Assembly (NCBI GenBank): GCA_039208735.1
Contig: JBCCQY010000034.1
Coordinates: 1-64,000, forward strand
Length of the DNA: 64,000 nucleotides
DNA from: Myxococcota bacterium
GTDB lineage: Bacteria > Myxococcota_A > UBA796 > GCA-2862545
Direction of reading: 5' to 3'
Shown: positions 39,329 to 48,046 of the stretch, one piece after another
Numbering within the stretch: the first letter of the stretch is position 1
Layout: each line of letters begins with the position of its first letter
The notes under the pieces: model-generated
What the model was told of the DNA's origin: nothing
Databases searched by the model: none
Seen by the model: the letters and a program-made list of their open reading frames with translations, nothing else
Program-made: the position numbers and the translations under genes

Positions 39329-39949
39329 CGGCCCATTTGTTGAGTCGAGCAGCGCCTCGACCGCCGCTAACACTTGTTCAGCGTGGTGTTGATCCCAGGG
39401 CTCGACCGGGTAGTTCGGGAAGGTAGCTCCCTCATCGTCCACCTCGATGCGGACCACTCGTTGGTGCGCGGCCGACCAAGGTCCTGAAAGCGCCGCGGCT
39501 CGGCTGGCCGCCGCGACGGGGTCGAAATGCACACTGTCGAGGTAGTGGAATCGTCCATCGCCGAGGCGCGTCTCATAGAGGTCCTCGTGGAGCACGACCT
39601 GGACCTCGAGCGGGGCTCGGGCCCGCAAGGCCTCAGAAACGGGCAGGGCTCGGTCCGCCACCAGATAGCTACGGGCCGCGGGCCAAGGCCCCGACGGTGT
39701 CGGAGGAACCGTACGAAGTTCAGCGGGCAGCTGCGATGCCTCGAAGGGAACGGCCCGATGGGCTCGGAACACCAGCTGATGGAAGCGGTCCCACCGGGGA
39801 CTGTCTCGGATGAGGTGTTCCCAGCCTCCCTCGTCGTCGTCAAGCCAGGCGAGGAAGAACCCGTCAGCGCCCGCCGGGCCTCGTGCAGCGAACACCAAAT
39901 CCTCGTCATAGAGATCTTGGAAGAATGCAATGTCTTTGGAAGAGGGCAT
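39320..39949 (-). CDS. Hypothetical protein
   Basis: GGAG RBS; 209-aa ORF with protein-like composition. Confidence 0.65.
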   Translation of the reverse strand: MPSSKDIAFFQDLYDEDLVFAARGPAGADGFFLAWLDDDEGGWEHLIRDSPRWDRFHQLVFRAHRAVPFEASQLPAELRTVPPTPSGPWPAARSYLVADRALPVSEALRARAPLEVQVVLHEDLYETRLGDGRFHYLDSVHFDPVAAASRAAALSGPWSAAHQRVVRIEVDDEGATFPNYPVEPWDQHHAEQVLAAVEALLDSTNGPSG

Positions 39950-40252
39950 GCTTCACTCCTGAGGGAGTCTGTACGCCACCGACGACCACACTCTTGCACC
40001 GAATTGAAGAAGAGCCACCCGCGTGGACGGGCGGGTGGGAGAGCTGTGAGCCTCCCAAGTTGCCACTCCGTGTGTTCGCCCTGCCGTTCGCAGCTCCTGG
40101 CTCCTAAGGCTTCGGCACCCGTCGACACCCAGTTCCTCCGCCGCTGCGAGGATTCTTTAGTGTCGACCGCTCATGGCTCTGGATAAACGGACGAGATGGG
40201 GTCGAGAGTCGCACATTGCCAGAAATGGCAATCAATCCAGAGGCCGCCCACG

Positions 40253-40723
40253 TCAGCCGTCACCTCCGGAATCTCGGACGATGCGCGTGGCCTTGCCAAT
40301 GTCGACCTCGATGGGCCGCAGATGGTGTTCCAAGGCCGTTGGAATCGAGAATTCGACCACGACGTAGAAGCCTCGGACTCGAAGAACGCTCATGGTCGGT
40401 TCACCAGGGACATACTCGCAACTCACCACGTTGAAGGGAAATCGTTCCACATCACCTGAATGAACCAACACCAACTGGTGCGGATCCCTGTTGCGCACGT
40501 CGAACCCTGTACGTCGTACGTCGAATGGGCCAAACGCCACATCCGCGCATGGGTTGTCGTCGGGATCGATGGCCTGGGTCACGTCGACATACACGAGTTC
40601 GTTGGGCTTCAGGGTCGACCACAGCGGAGCCTCAGTGGCTGATGAGGTCAGTACGCGGATCGACGGACCGCAGCCCGCGAAGAGCACGCAGAACCATGCA
40701 AACAAGTGTGGCGATGGCGTCAT
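40253..40723 (-). CDS. Hypothetical lipoprotein
   Basis: LFAGC lipobox; follows the FAD oxidoreductase on the same strand. Confidence 0.5.
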   Translation of the reverse strand: MTPSPHLFAWFCVLFAGCGPSIRVLTSSATEAPLWSTLKPNELVYVDVTQAIDPDDNPCADVAFGPFDVRRTGFDVRNRDPHQLVLVHSGDVERFPFNVVSCEYVPGEPTMSVLRVRGFYVVVEFSIPTALEHHLRPIEVDIGKATRIVRDSGGDG

Positions 40724-40759
40724 GGGCGGAATGTAGCGCAACCGTCGTCCGACATGGCC

Positions 40760-41938
40760 TCATGGGTGCTGACAAGCCGCCAAGCCCGCCCGGCGGCCAT
40801 GGACAAGGCTGTCGGTCAGGCCGTTGCCCATCAATCGGTTTCGTCCATGAATGCCCCCGACCATCTCGCCGGCGAGCCACAGGCCTGGCACCCCCGAACG
40901 GCCATCCGGATCGACCTCAAAGCCGCCCAGTTGGTAGTGCAAGAAGGGAAAGACCAGTACATCCTCACCGACACTTCCCCACGCCTTCAACCGGCCGTGG
41001 AGTTTTGGAAACACATCGATAAGGGTGGATCGGGGCAACTCGGAAAGCGTGAGCCGAAACCCGGGATGGCCATCGGGCGCCTGTAGCGCGCGCCCTGCCT
41101 CGTTGGCCTCCAGCATCCGGCGAGTCAGAGCGTAGCGATCTTGCCGAATGGGCCCGAGTTCGATGCCATGCCGGTCCAGCAACCGTACCGAAAACCCATT
41201 GATGCTCTCGGGTACGCAGGTTCCGACACCACTCTTCAACGATCGGACCAGGCCGAAGGGATGGTACTGGTAGGCGTCGGGCTCCACCCGCGGAAGTCCC
41301 AACGAAACCAGCTCGTCGTATAGCGTATGGTTCTGGTTCACCGGGTTGGAAGTGGGGTGACCGCGCCGCAGCGCCTCTTGGTAGGACCGACCACCGCTGC
41401 AACACACGACTCGTGACGCCTCGATGGCGGCCTGCCCTGCCAATTCGACACGCAGTCCCTGGCTGACCGGCTGAATTCGCTCAACGCTGCAATTCCCGAG
41501 CACCGTCACAGAACTGCAGGCCAATCGTCGACGCAGCAGTTTGATGATGGCCGGCCCGATGAGTGTGGTGGTGTTGACGACCCGGGGCGCCCGCATTCCA
41601 CCCGCAATGCGCCTCACTGGCTCGCCCTGTTCATCCCGCTGCAGTTGGAGGCCCCACGAGACGAGCTGCGCGACCGTCTGTGGAACCGAACCGGCAAACG
41701 ACCGCACCCGAGCCTCATTCACCGGGACCCGCGCCGATTCAAGCATGTCGTCCACGAAGGCTGCGAGCGATGTCGGAGTCGTCAGAGGGAGTTGCAGGCC
41801 TCCCTGCGCCATCGCGGTGTTGGAACGCCCAACCGCACGATCGGTCACGAGCACGACCTCGGCTCGGGGCGCGGCGGCCAACGCGGCCATCAGCCCGGCG
41901 GCTCCGCTACCGATCACGACGAGTTGGGTCCGGTCCAT
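40760..41938 (-). CDS. FAD-dependent oxidoreductase, NadB/SdhA/FrdA family, lacking the C-terminal helical domain
   Basis: VIGSGAAG, SNTAMAQGG, QYHP, HYQLGG, GLWLAGE..GGIHGRNRLMGNGL. Confidence 0.85.
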   Translation of the reverse strand: MDRTQLVVIGSGAAGLMAALAAAPRAEVVLVTDRAVGRSNTAMAQGGLQLPLTTPTSLAAFVDDMLESARVPVNEARVRSFAGSVPQTVAQLVSWGLQLQRDEQGEPVRRIAGGMRAPRVVNTTTLIGPAIIKLLRRRLACSSVTVLGNCSVERIQPVSQGLRVELAGQAAIEASRVVCCSGGRSYQEALRRGHPTSNPVNQNHTLYDELVSLGLPRVEPDAYQYHPFGLVRSLKSGVGTCVPESINGFSVRLLDRHGIELGPIRQDRYALTRRMLEANEAGRALQAPDGHPGFRLTLSELPRSTLIDVFPKLHGRLKAWGSVGEDVLVFPFLHYQLGGFEVDPDGRSGVPGLWLAGEMVGGIHGRNRLMGNGLTDSLVHGRRAGLAACQHP

Positions 41939-42014
41939 CCGATCATCCGCATCGTTGATGGCCAAGATTTGCTCTCCCCACATTCATAGGGCAAAGCGCC
42001 ATTGTGGAGGGGGC

Positions 42015-42638
42015 ATGAGGGACGAAGAAGAGGCGATGTGTGACGCCATCACGGCCGCTCCAAACCACCTTATACCGCTTCGCATCTACGCTGACTGGCT
42101 TCTCGATCGGGGAGACCCACGAGCAGACTACTTGATCGGGGCGCTGCGGGTCCTTGAGGCGGATCCCTTCGACCCAGCCGTTCCCGCACTCAAGGCGTCA
42201 CGCGACGCAGCAGCGGCCTCGATCGATCCGACTTGGCTGGTGCGCATGCACAATCCACGCACCGTCTATCGTCCGCGCTTCCAGCACCTGCCCAAGGATC
42301 GTCGTACCCGATGGAAACGGCTCGACGGGCTCGGCTGGTTCAACGCCAGCGGACCGAGTGAGCCTTGGACAGGTGACGCCCCTGACTTCGCGCGTGCGCT
42401 GCGCGAAGCATTGGTGGAGAGCACCTGGGCCGCAGACTTCTGGTTCGGGCGCATGCGGCTATACGAAGGTCGCGATCTCATCATGCTCATCGCCCGCTAC
42501 AGAGGAGGAGGCGAAGCATGGGTGGCCGCTCGTAACCGAGCCGCCCTCGAGCAGATTCCGAAGTCCCTTCGGCGCGCCTGGAACTTCGCAGAACGACAAG
42601 TTGGAGAACACGCGCTCGACACTGGCCTGGCCCCCTAA
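42015..42638 (+). CDS. TIGR02996-domain protein
   Basis: GGAGG RBS; EEAMCDAITAAP...RIYADWLLDRGDPRADYL. Confidence 0.8.
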   Translation: MRDEEEAMCDAITAAPNHLIPLRIYADWLLDRGDPRADYLIGALRVLEADPFDPAVPALKASRDAAAASIDPTWLVRMHNPRTVYRPRFQHLPKDRRTRWKRLDGLGWFNASGPSEPWTGDAPDFARALREALVESTWAADFWFGRMRLYEGRDLIMLIARYRGGGEAWVAARNRAALEQIPKSLRRAWNFAERQVGEHALDTGLAP

Positions 42639-42871
42639 GTCAGGCCGAGGGGGGCTGAGACGGGTGAACCAAATCGTCCGCTCCGCGTGGGAAGGTCCTG
42701 CGCCAAGAGGGGATCTCGTCAATGGCCAGCATCGGAAATTCCGATGCCCGGTTTGGCGCCCTTCGCTCTCCATTACGGCTCTTCGGTCCAATTGGGACAT
42801 GGCCCCTAAGCGAAGGCGTGCGGCGAACTGCCTATGGTGCTGCGGCGCCTGGCCGGGCGCCCGGAGGCAAC

Positions 42872-44155
42872 GTGGCGCGGCCCATCCGACACCAGGACCT
42901 TCGATCCGAGGAAGTGCGACATCGGCGACTCATTGTGGTTCTGCGAGTCCTGCTTGTGGCGTCGCTGCTCGCCATCCCAACGCCATTGCCGAACGCATTC
43001 AACCCCGAGCTTGGCTCCACCGCCGTGGCGATCATTGCCTTGCTGGTCTTCATCGCCTCCGTATACGGGATCGCCCTGCTGTTTGCTGTAAATGGGCGCC
43101 CCCAAGTCGCGCAAACCTTGACGTTCATCGGATGGACCGTGGTTCCTGTCGGGGTGCTGTCGCTCTATGACGGAAAGGCTCCCGATGGCCTACAAACCGT
43201 CATTCTGACGCTGGCCACGCTGAGTCTTGGGATTCTGCAGAACGGCATGCTCGCACTTGGTACCTGGCGGCAAGCCCGTGCGTGGATGGCCTTCGGCCTC
43301 GTCGCATTCGGGGGTACGCTCCTCTGGCTTAGCTGGAGTCAGGGGCTCGATCCGGTGTTTGGCTTTTCGATCCTCATCATCTGCCTCTTCACGGGCATTG
43401 CCTTTGCCTGGCCCGCGCGAGTGATGCTGGGCGACCTGGAAGAAGCCCTGGTCGCCACCGAGAGCGCAAATCTCGCAAAGAGTCGCTTCCTCGCAAACAT
43501 GTCTCATGAGCTACGGACGCCTCTCAACGCCATCCTTGGCTACGTGGAACTCATTCGCGAAGACGACCTCAGTACGCCGCTCCAGGACGTCGACAAGGAC
43601 CTACAACGCGTCGAAGACGCAGGGCGACACCTCCTCAACGTGATCGATGCCATCTTGGATCTCACCAAGATCGAGGCGGAAGTCGTGCCGCTTCAGCTGC
43701 AGCCCACAGATATTGTTGGATTGCTTGATCAAATCGTGTTGTCGCTTCGCCCGCTTGCGAAACGTGGGGGTCTGGTCCTCGAACTTGCGGCCAAGCCGAT
43801 GGAAAGGTTGACCACCGATCCACATAAGGTCAGGCAAATTCTGATCAATCTGATCGGGAACGCCATTAAGTACACCCGACAGGGCTCCGTCACCGTTTCT
43901 GCGCACACCAATCCGCACGCTGTGACCATCGAGGTCCGCGATACCGGAGTAGGAATCGCGCCAGAAAACCTCGTTCATGTGTTTGAGCCTTTTGAACGGA
44001 CCGACGCCACCATCACCAAGCAGGTTGGTGGCACCGGGCTTGGACTTGCGGTGTCACAGAAGCTGGCCGAGCTGCTGGGTGGCACCTTGGTGGTCACCAG
44101 CGAACTGCAGCGGGGGTCTTGCTTCGCGCTGCGGTTGCCTCGGTCGGAGGCCTAA
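42872..44155 (+). CDS. Membrane sensor histidine kinase
   Basis: GGAGG before GTG 42872; FLANMSHELRTPL, NLIGNAIKYT, DTGVG, GGTGLGL. Confidence 0.92.
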   Translation: MARPIRHQDLRSEEVRHRRLIVVLRVLLVASLLAIPTPLPNAFNPELGSTAVAIIALLVFIASVYGIALLFAVNGRPQVAQTLTFIGWTVVPVGVLSLYDGKAPDGLQTVILTLATLSLGILQNGMLALGTWRQARAWMAFGLVAFGGTLLWLSWSQGLDPVFGFSILIICLFTGIAFAWPARVMLGDLEEALVATESANLAKSRFLANMSHELRTPLNAILGYVELIREDDLSTPLQDVDKDLQRVEDAGRHLLNVIDAILDLTKIEAEVVPLQLQPTDIVGLLDQIVLSLRPLAKRGGLVLELAAKPMERLTTDPHKVRQILINLIGNAIKYTRQGSVTVSAHTNPHAVTIEVRDTGVGIAPENLVHVFEPFERTDATITKQVGGTGLGLAVSQKLAELLGGTLVVTSELQRGSCFALRLPRSEA

Positions 44156-47100
44156 CGTGTAAGAATGGCGGACCTGCAGTTGTCGCGGAGGACCGGTTGG
44201 CCAGAGCGCTTGCCCCATTCGAATCCTATGATCCTCCACTCCCTGGGGTCCTGCAGCAGGTCGTCGATCGTGTGGCACAACGCCGGGCTCACGCAGCATC
44301 GCTTCCCGCCGGGTTGGCGTTGGACCATGCCTGGCGAGTGGTCCGCCCACTCCGGAGCGGCCCGCTGGGCGAACGATACTTGCTGCTTGATGAGGTCGCA
44401 GGCCGTCAGCGGATCCTCGAAACCTTCGTCCCTGCGGTGGACCGTGATGTAGACCCAAACGAGTTTCAGACACGGTTGAACGACGTGATCGAAACGTTCC
44501 GATCCACGGCTGCCGCAAACGTCGTCTCCCTCATCACCAGCGGTCGCCTCGATTCACGCTGGTATCTCGTATGGGCTCGCGTCATCGGTGTCCCGCTGCC
44601 GGACCACGTGGCCGCCGAAGGCCCCCTGGCGGAAGCGGACGCCCAATTGATGACCGAGTCGACCCTGGAAGCGCTCGCTGCGATGCAAGCGAGCGGCTGG
44701 CACCATGGCCACATCACCGCCGAAACCCTGCTCGTCCACCGCAGCGGCCAGAGCTGGCTCGGGGGGTGGGGTCCGAGCATCCTGGCGCGCTTGAATGCCG
44801 ATTCGGGTCCCGATCCGACCGCAGACGTACGGAACGTCGTCCGATGGTTCGCGCGATACTCGGTCGATTCGTCGACCCTGCACGACCTTGTCGATTGGCT
44901 GGTCACCGAACCGCAACGCACTGCACGTGACGCATTGGTGTGGCTCAGGGAACGGCCTGCGCGGGTCGGAACCATCCATCCCCGCCCAAGGTGCAACGTC
45001 CTCACGCCTTCCGACCTGCTCATTGGACGCACCAAAGCGCTGGAGGACCTCAAAGGTCACGTAGACGCACATCGGCTGGTGACGTTGGTAGGGCCCGCGG
45101 GTGTAGGAAAGACCAGACTCGCCCTCGAGTGGACAGCACGCGCACTCGTGCGGGACCCTGAGGTCGTGGTCACGGTGGTGGATGTCGCTCAGGCAGACGA
45201 AGACCTTGCGTTCACGTTGGCCCGCACCCTCGCTTTGGTCGCGACCCCCGAAACGGTATTCGATCGGGTGCTTCAGTTCCTCCGCGGCCACCCCAACCAC
45301 GTCTTGCTGGTCGATAACTGCGAGGTTCGCCGCTCCAACGTCGCGAACACGCTGAGTCAGTGGCTCGTCGAGGCCCCGTCCCTGCGCTGTCTCGCCACCT
45401 CTCGCGAGGGCCTCGGCGTTGTGGGTGAGCGGGTGGTTCGTGTCGAACCGCTGGCGACCGAAGGGCCCGAAAGCGAAGCGGTCCGGTTGTTCCTTCAGCG
45501 TGCCCAGACGTCCATCGCCGGGTCCGACCTTGTCCCGAGCGATCTACAGGCCGTCGAGCAGCTTGTCGCGAGCCTGGACGGACTCCCTTTGGCGATCGAA
45601 CTCGCTGCGGCACGGGTGGGGTTGCTGTCGGCAAGGGAAATGTTGGAACGCATGTCGGCTCGATTTGCTTGGCTGCGCACAACCCGACCCGACGTGCCCC
45701 CACGACGCGCCTCGTTGCGGGGAGCCCTCGAGACGTCATGGGACTTGTTGCGCCCCAACGAACGTCGCGCGGCAATTCAGCTCGCCGTTTTCGTCGGCTC
45801 CTTCACCCTCGAGGACGCCGAGTGGGTGCTCGAATTGAGCGACGTACCCACGATCGACTTGATCGAACGGCTGCTTGCAGCCTCGTGGCTAAGCCCCGGC
45901 CTTCGTCACGGCACGATTCGTATGCTGGTGAGCATTCGGGCCTTCGCCCTAGACCATCTACGACAATTCGACGCTCGAGAAGCCGTGCAGCAACGTCATG
46001 CGGAACGCTTCGCCCAGTTCGGCCGGCCCAACCGTCACATCGGCGACGAACTCTCGCGCGCGAGACTCGGGGAGGTGTGGACCGAGGCCGTAGCCGCAGA
46101 GGCCTGGGCCCGCGGGACGAACGCCCACCCACGGTTGGCCATTCTATTGCGCACCACGCTGGTCCGCGCGGACACGTTCGCGCATGCCATGCTGCATCTC
46201 AACCGACTCGTTCAGGACCTGCCCGAGCCATTGGATGCGTTCCCGGTCGAAGGGGCCAGCCTCCTTGCCCATTTGGCGCAAAACACCAGCAGCGCACTGA
46301 CCGGCAGCTCGGTAAGCAAAGCGCTCTACACCAGGGCGCTCGACATGCTGGACGCGTCCGGCAAATCTACGGCGCTGGCCGCCATCTATGCGGAGATTGC
46401 GTGGTTTGAACTACGGCAACGCCACCTCGAGGAGGCTTCGAAGTGGTTGGAGCGGGCGTTCGCCGCGTCGGACCACCTTTCGGACAGAGCCTTGGGCTAC
46501 GCGCTGGCGATTCAGGGCCTCATACGCTCGGAACAGAACCGAGAGCACGAAGCGATCGAGTATCTTGAACGCGCGCGAACGCTCCTTTCGGCAGGTCAGA
46601 CGACAACAGGTTTTGCCGAGTACTTCCGTGTCGCTCATGGATTCAGCAGCTACCGGGTCGGAGATCTCGATCAGGCTGCGGAGCTCGCACGCGAAGCCGC
46701 CCACTTTGCCCGCCGCGCCCGAAGGGAAAACCTGCTCTTTCGAGCCATTAGCCTCCTCTTCAGTGTGCAGATCGCCAAGGACGACCTTGCAGGCGCTGAA
46801 TCGGCCCTCGAAGAGCTGGCTGGATTGTGCGGTATCGAAGGGCCACTCGGCATTGGGCGGCGGTGCTCTCTCGCCCTCCGAAAGAGTGCCTGGCATCATG
46901 CTGCGGGCCGGCTCTCGGAAGCGAAAACAGAAGCCCTAAGTGCCTTACGAATGGCCGAGGAAGACCCGCACGCACGGGTCGTAGCCTCCGCAGCGTTCCA
47001 GGTTGCCAAGGTAGCGCTAGACGTTGGGGAACTCGACGTCGCCCAGACCCACCTTGACTTCACCGCTGAACATGCCGTGATGCCGCTCGAGAAGACGGGT

Positions 47101-47310
47101 GTGGCGACCTTTCGAGGTCTTCTCGCAGTCCAACGCAACGACCCTAAGCGCGCGACACTGGAACTCGACGAAGCCATACAGTGGATGTGTGAGTATCCCA
47201 TGGCAGAACGCAACCCGGATGCAATGTACATCCTGCGTCTCGCCAACACCGTGGGACGAGTCATCCCACCCGAGGCGTGGCTCCAACCGCCTGCCGACAT
47301 CGATCGTTAG
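44119..47310 (+). CDS. Pseudokinase + STAND (NB-ARC-like) ATPase + TPR protein; start uncertain
   Basis: Degenerate kinase (HGHITAETLL, LGGWG); LIGR, GPAGVGKT, LLVDNCE, TSRE, LDGLPLAIELAAAR; helical repeats. Confidence 0.85.
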   Translation: MLRAAVASVGGLTCKNGGPAVVAEDRLARALAPFESYDPPLPGVLQQVVDRVAQRRAHAASLPAGLALDHAWRVVRPLRSGPLGERYLLLDEVAGRQRILETFVPAVDRDVDPNEFQTRLNDVIETFRSTAAANVVSLITSGRLDSRWYLVWARVIGVPLPDHVAAEGPLAEADAQLMTESTLEALAAMQASGWHHGHITAETLLVHRSGQSWLGGWGPSILARLNADSGPDPTADVRNVVRWFARYSVDSSTLHDLVDWLVTEPQRTARDALVWLRERPARVGTIHPRPRCNVLTPSDLLIGRTKALEDLKGHVDAHRLVTLVGPAGVGKTRLALEWTARALVRDPEVVVTVVDVAQADEDLAFTLARTLALVATPETVFDRVLQFLRGHPNHVLLVDNCEVRRSNVANTLSQWLVEAPSLRCLATSREGLGVVGERVVRVEPLATEGPESEAVRLFLQRAQTSIAGSDLVPSDLQAVEQLVASLDGLPLAIELAAARVGLLSAREMLERMSARFAWLRTTRPDVPPRRASLRGALETSWDLLRPNERRAAIQLAVFVGSFTLEDAEWVLELSDVPTIDLIERLLAASWLSPGLRHGTIRMLVSIRAFALDHLRQFDAREAVQQRHAERFAQFGRPNRHIGDELSRARLGEVWTEAVAAEAWARGTNAHPRLAILLRTTLVRADTFAHAMLHLNRLVQDLPEPLDAFPVEGASLLAHLAQNTSSALTGSSVSKALYTRALDMLDASGKSTALAAIYAEIAWFELRQRHLEEASKWLERAFAASDHLSDRALGYALAIQGLIRSEQNREHEAIEYLERARTLLSAGQTTTGFAEYFRVAHGFSSYRVGDLDQAAELAREAAHFARRARRENLLFRAISLLFSVQIAKDDLAGAESALEELAGLCGIEGPLGIGRRCSLALRKSAWHHAAGRLSEAKTEALSALRMAEEDPHARVVASAAFQVAKVALDVGELDVAQTHLDFTAEHAVMPLEKTGVATFRGLLAVQRNDPKRATLELDEAIQWMCEYPMAERNPDAMYILRLANTVGRVIPPEAWLQPPADIDR

Positions 47311-47443
47311 ACGGGATCGCCAGATGGCTTCGGACGGCTTCCCGCGTCAAGGTCGACCTGGCGCGCAAGCACGTAGACCCCAGAAAGCCGAACGGTCCCA
47401 GGGTCCAGATCCACGATGGCTTGCCATTTCAGTGCCTTCTTGG

Positions 47444-47968
47444 TCAGAACGCCGGGATCAAAGTGCGCACTTGGGCTTCGAACGAGCCTGCCAACTCGGA
47501 GGTCCCGTTTGGGCCTGGCCGTTCGAACCAAGGGATTTGCGGGCATTCGAACTCGATACGGTACCGGTCGACGGATCCCAGGAGTTCGACGTCGGTGGCC
47601 AGGTAGCGTGCATCCACGCGGCAGTGCGGATCTCCCTCTCCGCCGATGATCCGTTCCTCATCCTCCTCGCTGATTTGCCAAAGGAACGCTCCACCTGCCG
47701 GAATATCGGTAACGGACTCGGATTCCAGCAGGTCCATCACCGCATCTTCGTCAGCCATCGTCAAGGTGCCGCTGAACATGGGCAAGCCGACCGGTTCCGT
47801 CAAGATGCAAGCAGCACTTGCGAATTTGATCGAATCGACGGTGCAAGCGCCCGCCGAGTTCACGGTCCACGTCTCGCCGTCCAACCTCAAGGAGACTTCA
47901 TCGGAAACGCTCGAATCTCCTCCTCCTCCGAGGCATCCACCGAGCAACAGGACGCACCATCGTGACAT
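47444..47968 (-). CDS. Hypothetical lipoprotein
   Basis: AAGGAGG RBS; MSRWCVLLLGGC lipobox. Confidence 0.7.
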   Translation of the reverse strand: MSRWCVLLLGGCLGGGGDSSVSDEVSLRLDGETWTVNSAGACTVDSIKFASAACILTEPVGLPMFSGTLTMADEDAVMDLLESESVTDIPAGGAFLWQISEEDEERIIGGEGDPHCRVDARYLATDVELLGSVDRYRIEFECPQIPWFERPGPNGTSELAGSFEAQVRTLIPAF

Positions 47969-48046
47969 GAGCCCTCCTTGGCTTGTCGCAGTGCCCTACC
48001 GCTCGCGTCTCATCACGTCCTTCCCCATGATTGGGGGGGACCTCCA

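Noticed and set aside
39049..39336. 96-aa N-terminal extension of RarD
   Set aside because: Family-like sequence begins at MPPSSRLGL; the opposite strand carries a domain-like ORF
40760..41983. Gene symbol nadB or sdhA
   Set aside because: Truncated architecture and no pathway context
41541..42014. N-terminal extension of the TIGR02996 ORF
   Set aside because: Antisense to the flavoprotein; strong RBS + ATG at 42015
47307..47546. 79-aa - strand ORF as a frameshifted tail of the 47444-47968 lipoprotein
   Set aside because: No homology or motif support visible
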